From an uncultured Bacilli bacterium (GTDB taxonomy: Bacteria > Bacillota_I > Bacilli_A > RFN20 > DUOF01): a stretch of 64,000 nucleotides of DNA. The notes under the pieces are model-generated. The model worked only from the letters and a program-made list of their open reading frames with translations, searched no databases and was not told where the DNA came from. Below, piece by piece: positions 18,598 through 30,500 of this stretch. Each line of letters starts with the position of its first letter. The stretch's first letter is position 1. Both the position numbers and the translations under genes were made by a program. The DNA lies in NCBI GenBank assembly GCA_944363575.1, contig CALVUJ010000023.1:107-64106 (forward strand), given 5' to 3'.

Positions 18598-21500
18598 TTA
18601 TTTCAATACTTTTACTTTCTTCTTGAAGACTACTACTTTAAGTCCTATAAAGATTAAACCTGCTGAAGAGATAAATATTAAGGACCATCCTAATGGATCT
18701 TTAGTAAAGAAGTTTTCACCAATTTCAAATCCAAGTTGTTCTTTTGCAACATTTTTGTTTACAATAATTGCATATACGAAGCCACCAGCTTGATTAATTT
18801 GATTTTTATGCTCATCTGAAATAGTAATTATTACATTTTTATTTTGATTAATATATTTAGCAGTTCCATCATCTATTAAAATATATGCACTTTTATCAAG
18901 TGATTTGTAACAAAGTACTCCTTGAGCACATTCTGGATTGCTACCATAATAATTAGTAGGAGTGGCAAAAACAATTACATCATCCTTTTTAAATTCATAG
19001 CCTTCTCCTCCATTTAGAGCAATATTATCTACTGGGAATAAGTATTGTTTATTTGGTACTAATTTAACATTATCCAAGCAGATGCTATCACTCTTGTTAA
19101 TGGTTAACTTGTGAGTAATGGAGTTACCCGCTAAGTCCGTAAAGTTAAAGACATATTCGCCTGTTTCATTTAAAACGGTTCGTTTTTGATATGGCTTGCC
19201 ATTTAGTGTCACTTTAATGATTGGTGCCACTAGTTCATTTTTAGGTTCATCCCAAGTAATGAATGTATCTTCTGTGATGATATCATTTATAACGTTAAGT
19301 TTATTGTTAACATAGATGTAATATTTTGGTGCTTGCCTATAAATTATGAAGTGTCTTTCTAAACCTTCATTTCCTACCGCATCTACTGGTTTTACTTCAT
19401 AATATCCTTCATCAATTATTTCTAGACTACTTGATGTTTGGGTTATCCATTCATCATATGTCCCATCCGCTTTCATCTTACGATACATAAAGTAATTTCC
19501 TTCATTGTTATCAACTGATTCCACAAGTACCTTATCAGCATTCGTGTACCCTTTTTCTGATAATCCATAAGTAACATATTCATTTGAAACAGTTACTTTA
19601 ATTTTTGGTTTTTCATTATCAATTGTTATATATTTTATTTCTCTACCAGTAGTAATGTTACCAACTTCATCTCGTGCTATTATCATATAAGAACCCGTTT
19701 CTGATAAAGTATAATTAGAAGTGAAAGATTCTACTACTGGAGTTACACTACAACTATATGTATTATCACCATATTCATCTACTCCTGTCACAACACATTG
19801 ATTGTAAATAGTACCCTCTCCATTAGAATCAATTAAGATTCTTACTTCACCTTTATAAAAACCATAAAGCTCTTCTTGATTTCCTTCAACTGTAATATTT
19901 GGTGCAATCTTATCAATAGTAAACTCTAACTCTGTTGCTAAATTTTCATATATATATCCATCTACTCCCTTTATAGAAACAACATATTTATATCTTGTTT
20001 CATAACTTTCAGAAACAACAGTTGGATCTCTTAGAACTATTTCTTGATACCCACTTCCTGTGAACTTATAAACCTTTATATTATATATATCACAATTTGA
20101 AGTTACTGATTCAAAATAACAAATCAATTTAGCATTATTCTTTATTTTCTTTCCTGGCGTAACTATAGAATCTTGAATAATAACTCCATTATCATCTAAC
20201 TCATGCACTTCAATTTCTGGTAAGACAACCATAATGGTAAATGAAATCTTATTTGCTATCGTTGTATTCCCTGCATAATCTTCAAACCAAAAACTATATC
20301 TTGTACTCTTTTTATCTTGTATTTTAAAAGTATATTCTTTGTTATCTTTAGAGAACCCTGTGTTATTTCCATTACAAGGTAATTCGCTTTCATCAATATC
20401 AGGAGTATTTTCATCATCTATGTACTCACATTCAAATTCTAACTTTATCAATGGCTCTCTCCATTTAATTGTTATCTCTGCATTAGTATACTCATTGTTA
20501 TTTTCAAAGCCCACAGAACCAGATGGTAATCTAACAACAAAATCACTTATGTCATAATTAGGTAATGTTTTATCAATATCAAATAGATAATAAGTTATTG
20601 TCTCATATATTGAACTTACCTCTTGTTTCTTAGTCTGATATGCTATCACATTATCTACATATGCTTTGATGTTTTGACATTCCTCTTTCAAACTATTATC
20701 TTCACTATTAATACACATAGCACTAATTCTTTCTGATTCCCTATTTATAATCTCTACTTTATACTTTCCTTCATCTACATAAGTTAAAATAGAATTAGTA
20801 TATGTTCCCTCTACGAATTGTGGTTCTACTTTGTTATTTTCATTTTCTCCACAAAGACTAATATTGCTATTATTCATTTCTTTAGTATTACAAACAATCT
20901 CAAAACCACTTTCATTTTGTTTATATAGAAGAATATAATTATCTTCATTATTCCAAGATACCTTTAATGAATCATTTGCCGTCATCCTATATTCTTCATC
21001 CATATTAGGAGTTATATACTTATAAGATCCATTGTAATTAGCACTTAAATCTACTGGATTATAAATAAACTTTAATTCATTAGTATTACCATGATCATCT
21101 TTTAAACTTATATAAAAGAATCCAAATAACTTTTTACTACTATCAATTACTGCTGTATAACTATTTTTTCCATCTATTGGGCCAGTATTTAAACATCCAT
21201 TTGAACCTGCAACGCAAAGTAATGCTTCCTTAATATCACCTGTTTGATCTTCTAAATAATTACTACCATCATTACTATACTTTATAACTATTTCTTCCGT
21301 TTTTATTTTAGTAAGTTCAGAATCTTCAAGTATCAATGTTACCGTTTGATCTTTTCCTTCACCTGAATATGTAATATCTATACTAGGTGCTGTTTGGCTA
21401 CGAGACACTTCTATATATGTTTTATTTCCTGCTCTATCGTAAATTTCTATTATAGTGAATGCTTCTTCTGCAAGTGGTATTTCAAAGTAGTAACTACCAC

Positions 21501-24500
21501 TATCACTATCTAACACTATATAATCGTTAATATTGTGATATACCCCATTTATTACTAATCGCAAGTAAGAATATACTTCATTTTCATTTTTGTGTATTTC
21601 ATATTTTTTCATGAAGTCATTTTCACTTTCACCATTGTTTTTAATAATAAGGCTGTATTGTTCAACATTTGTTTTTACATTTCCAAAGCCATCTGTATTA
21701 ATTAGATTGGTTGAGTTAATGGTCTCATTTTCTTTTGAGTAAATTGCTATCGGGTCAGCATTATCGACATATACAGCATAATATGTAGAGTTATAATGGG
21801 AAATATTAGATGATCCACCTTCTGTTTTATAATTAATATATTCTACCCCTGTATCTATTTCTTCAAATATATAATATTGCCCTGTGTTTAAATCTATTGT
21901 ACTACTACTTGTATATTCCGTGCTACTAGCACCATTATAAGCTGTTATTTTAGAGGTATCTGCTGTATTTTCTCCCTTTATTTCAAGGGTTATTTTTTTG
22001 TCGTTTACATTTGTTATTTTTACGTTTACTTTAATACATTTAACCTCGTCTGATTCAGTACAAGTTTCCACAACTGTTTTAGTTGTACCTTCTATTTTTA
22101 AATATATAAACTTATACATATCTTCATTAGTAAGGCAATTTTCAGATACTGATGAATCACAAGCCTTTTGCATTATTGCCGAATCTCCAAATAATAGGTT
22201 GCCACTAAATGTCGGAAATATAATAGCATCAAATAAATTTGTAGCCATTTCTTCATTTGCCATGTCCTTATTGGTTTTATTGTCTGTACCAACAAAACAT
22301 GTTGTAGTAATACTACCTTGGCCCGCCGGATTATAATAGCTATAACTAAACCCTTGCCCGTTATTACAATTATTATCTTCTTGAGCATCTATATGTTTTG
22401 CATAAATTGTTGTTAAAAACATTTTTGCCTCTGCTCTTGTTGCAAATGCATAGAAAAAATCATTATTTAATCCTGAACCCAAAATATTATATGAATTGCC
22501 AGTTAAATCTTGAGTTATGCTAGTTATATAATTCATATTCCCAGAATTTATAACACCACTAGGTACACTAAACCAATAATTAGCTCCGGTCGCAGATATT
22601 TGTTCTTTATTGTATGTTGGTGCGGTGTTGTCTATCGTAAATGATGATGAATTTTCTTGAGTACCCGACCCTGTTATTCTTCCTGTTTCATTTCCTGCCT
22701 TGTCAACAGCTTTTATTTGATACTCCCCATCTTCTCTAAAACGAAGTATAATTGAAGTAACAAGATAAACATTATCTTCTTCATATGTAGCACCTGGCTC
22801 ATATGCGACCAGATTCCCATCTACATCTAGTTTATAATAAGTGTTATAAAAATATTTAGTTTCGGCTTCAGGTACTTTTGTATATTTTATTTCATATATC
22901 GTCTCGTCTTTACCATTTTTTATCGAGTATATAATGGAATCTCCTCCTGTTTCTAGTGTTGGATTTCCTGTTAGAAGATTTTCACATAGAGAATATACTT
23001 CATCACCACCCGTTTTTATACAATAAAATTGTGCTTCTTCACTAGTCGACACTTCATAATATAGTTTTCCATTATCATCTACTAATGCATTAATGTAAAA
23101 TGCAGGTTTTGTTAAATCAATAATATAACTATACTCTACATAATTATACTTCAATGTCATAATATCATCCACTGTACCATCTATGTTGATAGATGATTTT
23201 ATATAACTTCCCTTATCATGGAAATATATTTTGTATACACCCGCATTTTTATCATTTGTCACACTAAAATTATTGGTTATATTTTCTACACTTAAAGTAA
23301 GATTACTATTACTTCCGCTAAATATTTCTGTAGGTAACTCACAAGTAACACTACCGTCTGAACATGTGTATCTGTAATATACTGCCTCATATTCATTATC
23401 AACACTTATAGTTATCTTATTATGAGCACCATAAATCTCTTCTTTACTCTTTATCTCATCATTGACTTTTAATATTGGTGCCGTTGTATCTGTGATATAT
23501 ACAGTCTTATAAATAGTATCACTAACATTACCAGACCTATCTATTACACGATATTCTATTTTATATACTCCTACTTTATCATTTACAATTACTTCTTGTT
23601 CTTCCCAATAACTAGCATTTGTTAATAATGAAGGATAATAATTAGAATCATCTATAATATAACAATAGTCCCCTATGCATGTTCCACTATTTCCTTTTAG
23701 GATATAGTCTGTTGGTTTCTTAATCAAAATATAATATTTTGTATTAGAATCTTTTGTTGACCCATCACTTACTATTGTAAACACACCATTATTTAAAGTA
23801 TAATTACCAAATGTTATATTATGGTTAAATTTATAATACTTAATTTCATACCTAAATGTGTTATCTACAAGAGAAGAAACACCTATTTCATTTATTTTAT
23901 TATTAATGTTATCTATTGATGTAGTTTCGTTTTTAAATCCACCAGTTATATAATCTGAATCATATCCATCTGATGGTGAAGAACTATCACCATATTTTGC
24001 TTCAATATATTCATCTTCTTCAACACCCTCATTAAAGTCAATGGTAGGTTTTTCTCTATCTATAAATAAATGATTTATTTTAAGACTGTTTCCTGAAAAA
24101 TCATAAACCGTTATATTGTAATTAACATAGTATTCTCCTTCTTTTTCATATACTAGACTAAAACTCTTTTTATCTTCTCTATAATCAAATTCTGTATTAT
24201 GGAAAGAGCAGTCTCTTATTTGATTTAAATTTGAATCATAATAAGTGCATTCTACTTTGTAAATAGGTTCACTAAACTCTATTACGATATTCTCTTTAGT
24301 TATGTAGTTTCCTTCTAAATCAACAGTTTCGGCTTTATAATATGTTGTTCCATCCTCTTTAGTTAATCCATCTTCTACTTTTTCATAAACTGTTACGCCA
24401 ACATAATAACGATCGTCAATAGTGTCATCTGAACAAGCAACTTCTGTATACCCCTCTCCGTTATATGTGTAGTATTTATTGTCATTATTACATGATAAAC

Positions 24501-27500
24501 CCTCTTTATTAACAACTTTATAATATTTCGTAACCTGTACATAATTATTTAACGTAGTACCTCCACTCTCATCTTTTTCGTATTTTATTGAATAACCATT
24601 AGTTATTTCTGGGCCTATCTCATCTGTTACTCGAATAACCGTCTCTAAATAATTTGATGCTGTGTTGCCAGCACCATCCTTTGCCCTAAAAATAATTGGC
24701 CTTCCTAACTCAGATGCTAATCCAAAAGCAAATCTAACTTCTTCATTTGCACTATTTTTTGCTATTTGCCAAATACGATTATCTAAAACAGCATCTTTTT
24801 CAGTATTATCTTGTAGTGTTATCTTTCTTACCAAACTAGATGTTTCCTCTTCGCTCTTATATACAAAATTATAATACGTAATACTATTTCCATCAAAACT
24901 ATTTAATTTAACGCGATTATCAGAAACCATTACACAATTCCCGTTATTTACACTAATACATGAATTCTTTAATGTTAAAGCAGGTAAATACTTTCCTGAA
25001 TCACTAGCATAGTTATTAGTTTCATAATAGTAACTAGTGTATTGCGTATTATCAATAGCACTCTTATCTTCCACTAAAGTATAGTCACTAGATGAATAAG
25101 TAAAATATTGATCTTCACTTGTAAAGTGTCCAGAATTCATATACTTTAGATAAAGTAAACATTGATGATTTGCACCACATGCCATTTCATCAGTGTATGT
25201 GTTATATGTTGCGGTATTCGTATACATATCTTGAATAGATACTTCTACGTACGTAGATCCACTCATATAATAATAGGAGATATTTGGGTTAATATATTCA
25301 TTATTGTATACTCTTATGTATTTTCCTTTTGTATAAATGTTTGTCTCTCCATCCTTTGCTGCTTGTAAATCATTTGCACTACCAAACATTGTATACACTC
25401 TTTTGTATAAGTTGACATTTGGTTCAACATATGTGCCATTATCAACTATTGAATATGTTCCGTTAATGTTTCTTATATAGTTGTTATAGGCTACTCTCAT
25501 TGCTTCAAAACTTTCAATTACTATTTTATTATCCATTCCTGCTTTTTCTGGAGTATCTTTACATATCACTTTACCAGATATTAAAGTTTCACTATCTGAG
25601 CAATCAAAGATTCCTAAAGAACTATCAGCAGGAGTAGATAACATTTTGTCCATATCATCAGTACTAACACCTGCTCCAAAATTAGTAATTGGAGTATATG
25701 AAGAATCATAGTAAATATATGGATTTTGGTTATCAAATTCAAAATCCTGTTTCAAATTTACCTCATTTCCAAAATAATCTCTAATTGTTAAATCTAATGT
25801 TTGTAGACCTGTTAATCTTTCTTCTTCATTGAAAGTAATAACAAAGGAAACAGTAACGCCATCTTCATTTACCAAGCAAACAATAGGGTCATCAACATCT
25901 CCACTTATAATACATTTATTCTCATTTGTATTATCTCTAGCAATTCCGATAGATACTGTTTTTTCATTTATTGAGTATATGATTGTAAGCATATTGTCAT
26001 CTCTATCTGTTAAAAAACTTCTTTCTTGGATAGTTAATTTAATATTTACATATTGTTGGTATTCACCTAAAGGCTTATCATTAATATCTTTTATTTCTAC
26101 TACTGATGGTGCTGTTTTATCAATTGTAAATTTGTATACCGTTTCATTGCCTACTGCATCTAAGAAAACTATTGTATAATCACCACTATCACTAAATTCA
26201 ATATAATTGCCACCAAACGAGTATTCTTTAGAATACGAAAAAGCATTATAAACATCTCCATCATTAATTTTAAACACAAGCAGTCTATTTATTGAACCTT
26301 GGTTTTGGCCACTCGCATCTTTATAGAAAAGCATTTCGTTCGTAAGCAATAATCTCATATTGTAACTTCCTATATTAGTTAATGTTACAAAATCTGGATT
26401 TTCACCAGTATTTGTATATTGATCTTGAGCTTTTATACCATTACATTCTCGATCTTCATCACATGTTAACTCAAAATCTATTTTAGGGCTAACAGTATCA
26501 ATCGTGAAAGAGTGTTCTACTGGAAGTGCAACATAATCGTAACTTTCTCCTTCTATTTGTACCTCTACAAGAATTTCGCTATGTACACGGTAGGTTCCAT
26601 CTTGAGTAAAGGCCACATATAAATAATCACCTTCTCTTCCTACAACATAAATTCCTTCTGTAGCTAATTCTTCAGCTGCATCATTAATAGTAGGATTAGT
26701 ATCGGTACTTGCATACCCACTTGTAGTAGCTTTTAGTTGTTTTGTACATTCAGGTAAATTACCTACCGAAACATTCACTCCATACAATACAAACATACAT
26801 GATAAATTTGTAGTCTCATTATTGCGATAATTTCCTACGTTATTTAGGTATGTTGCTCGGCTTAGTTGAATAACACTAAATGCATTGATTTTTAATTTAA
26901 TGTAAATAAATTGATTGGTGAAGAACATTCCTCCATCAAAACCATTTCTTAACTCACTTGGTATCATATCTTCATAAGCATATGTATCTGGAACCCTTGC
27001 TAGAAAAACATTTCCTGTATTTGTACCCACTTCTAGTTTTGGCAGTTTTGAAGTGATTGTCTCTATACTTTCTATGTGACTTTCATCAGCATTTATATAA
27101 ATATCTGATTCTGCTTTTTCTAGCCCTATTCCACCATAAGTTTCAGAAATATTATTAAAAGTATCACCTAGAGTTATTTTATACAATCCTTTGGATATAT
27201 TAAATATCTGGTTCTCTCCTTCTTTAAGAACATAGTTGTTTTCCTCATCCATCTCGTAAACAGGTATACTTAACCCTCCAGTTGTTGTATTATCAAGGTT
27301 AGTTTTTGTAAGTATAAATGGTAAACTAATTGAATATGTAATTTCTGGTATATACTCATCATCTGCTTCTGCTTTTTTTAACTCTGCTTCATTTATAGCT
27401 GTTAGTATTTCAATGTAATTCATAATAGCCTCACTTATTGTAGTAGTATCCGCACATTTGTCACATGCTTCACTTTTTGTGTATGCTATTACTAAACTAT

Positions 27501-30500
27501 CTATTTCATTTTTATCATAAAAATCAATTACTAATGTAAAACTTTCAGATTCATTGTCAATGACACTAACAGTAGGTTTCGCTTTACCTATTTGCAAATA
27601 AGCATCTATTTTATTTCCTGTTCTATCATACACATGAATTTCATATATATTATTTGGTTTTTCTGAATCATGTTCAAATGTTCTTTTTATGTATTCATCA
27701 ATATTTTCAAGGCAACTACTGCTATTTATAAGGCTGTTACACGTTAGATAATATTTTTTTCCTTCAATCATAGTATAGGCATAAGGATCAATATCTAAAA
27801 TGCTAGTTATATCCATTGTCGTAGATATTTTTAATGGATTATCTTTACTTATAGAGGTTATAATCTCTCCTGTTGGACCACTTACTAGAGAATATTTTAC
27901 TATAGGTGCTGTTCTATCTATTATAAATGTTGCTTCTGCTCCACATTTTCTAGTTTCTTCATTTAAATAATTAGAGCAGTATCGTATTGTATATTTTCCT
28001 TCATCTATATATGTACCGTTTGTTGCAAAAGATACTAACGTTGCAGTATCAAACGTTTTATATGATGTTGATGCCGTGCTACTGAACTCATAATTATCAA
28101 TTGCATAGTAATCAACTACTAGATAAATATTAGCAGGAACGTTTATAGAAAAGTTTTGCATATATTTAATCGTTGTCATTTCTTCTTTAAAATATTCCGT
28201 TGAAGGTAATGAAACATTTCCTTGATATCTATTATTACTTTCACTAACAAAATAATTATATTCCTCAACAATTAAAGTAGCAACTTCTTTTATCCTACTT
28301 AAGCTAGCAAAAGCAAATCCTGTATATTGGGTACAATTACCACTAAGTTCTCCATTTAATGTTCGACATTCTCCATTAGAAAATTTCAAATCAATGTAAT
28401 ATACAAAATAATAGTTTAAATTAGATAGTCTAGCAGTTTCTCCTCTAAAAGCCGTTATTCCACTTGAAATATAGTTATATTTTCCTTTTACTAATGCTAT
28501 TCTTGCAAACTCTTGTAAAATAGCGAATTCTTGTGCTTTTTCTATGCTTTGGAAGGCTGCCGTTGTTAATTGTGGTTCTCCTTCTAATTTTATATAGTTT
28601 GATGATGTGTAGGTATTTGTTCTTTCATCGATAACAAAGTTTCCTTCGGCATTTAATATATAATATGTTGTTCCAGGTTCTTTCAACTGATTATTTTCTA
28701 CTGGATAATAATATTCTTCCCATAACTCTTTTCTAGTCGCTCCTGCAACATTATCTCCAATTTGTTGCACTCTTGAATATAAATACCATTTATCAATTCC
28801 CATTTCTTCAATAACAATATCTTCAGGTATAAGACCTTCTGTTATGTCGACATTTCTTCCTAAGATAAAGGTCATTCCTAACGCATTTTCAAATCGATGA
28901 TATGTAGAATATTGCGTAATAATAGTGGAATCAAGAGTTACTGTTGATGGAAAGCCAACCTTTTGACTTCCATATATTAAATGATATTCTTCTAATATAT
29001 TTTCTCCTGTACACACTTGGCTGCCATCATTACATATTACTGTGTTTTGAACAATGTTTAAATTCTCATAGTTAGCTAATTCCGTAGTATCAACAATCAC
29101 TAATAAAGAATCTTGTCCTCCTTTATTTTCTGTCACTATTGCTTCTATGCTATTTGATTGAGTTGTTCCTACAAACAAATAATGAATCTCGCCATCTGCT
29201 TCTTTTTTTACAATTACATCTTGTATTTCTACCCCTAGATTTCCAGCAATAGTATATTCACTTATTTGAATAGTGCTTTCTTCAATCGTTATGACAGAAT
29301 AATAACCTGCACTTGCTCTATTACCTGCTGCAACGAAAGAGTTACCTTCTATATTTTTAATAGATAATAAATTATCTTCTGATGATGTACCACTTAATTT
29401 AATGTCTACGATTATAAATTCTCCACTCATAAATACATATAAAGAATCTTCAACCCCTGAATTATAATTTATACTGCTACCATTAACTCTATCTATTCTT
29501 GATTGACCAACAACCAAATAATTTGATCCATATTGAATAATATCGTTAAAACTTGTAATTGTTGTAGTCGCACCATTATTATTTAAATAAAGATATGGGT
29601 CTTGATTAGTGCATTCAAAGGCCTCAACAGAACAAACTGTGATAAGTCCTCCTTCTGCACCAGCATAATTTTGTATGTTTGTGCTTCCTACTGCTACTAA
29701 TTTACTAATAGAACCATCACTAATAGTTATTAACGAATTATATTGAGAATTTATAGTTCCTGTTGGAGTAGCGATTTGCTCACTTACAAGTTCGTTTCCA
29801 TTTATTGTTAATCTAACTATTTTACCTATTCTTACATTATTTTCTTCTTTATATCCTACACCTAACAAATAATTTCCAGAAATAACCATTTTTTTAACAT
29901 TAGTCATTTCACTTATTTCTGCAATGGTTCCTGTGGTAGAACTTATGGTTCCAGTAACATATTCATCTTCAATTCCTGATTGCTCCATAAGTTGAATTAA
30001 TTTGACAAAGCCTACTACTGCACTAGTACTATTAGTGTACTCTCCTGCAATATAGTAACGCTTGCTTGATGAATAAATTATATCATTAATCTTCGCATTT
30101 TCTATCTCATACTGCCACAAATATTCCCCACGCAAGTTGAACGCAACAATATACCCTTTTGTGCCAAGATTTCCTACGGCTAGGTAACCATGAGATCCTG
30201 CTATCACTTTATTAAAAGCATCATTTTCTGCTGAACTTGCTTCTTCATTTGCACCTAACCATATTCTTCTAGAATCATTTAAATTGTATGGCAAAACCCT
30301 AATGTTTCTTGTGATAGAAACAGAAGGATCACTCGTTAAGTAGTATTTTATTTTATAAAATCCAGCATTTCTAACAGCATCATTTGCAATTCCTATTCCT
30401 GAATTACTTGTTTCTAATGCTGTTCCATTATTTATTTGCACACTTACATTTGTTTCGCTAACCCCGTCACAGATTACCATTACTCCACTATCTGTCCATC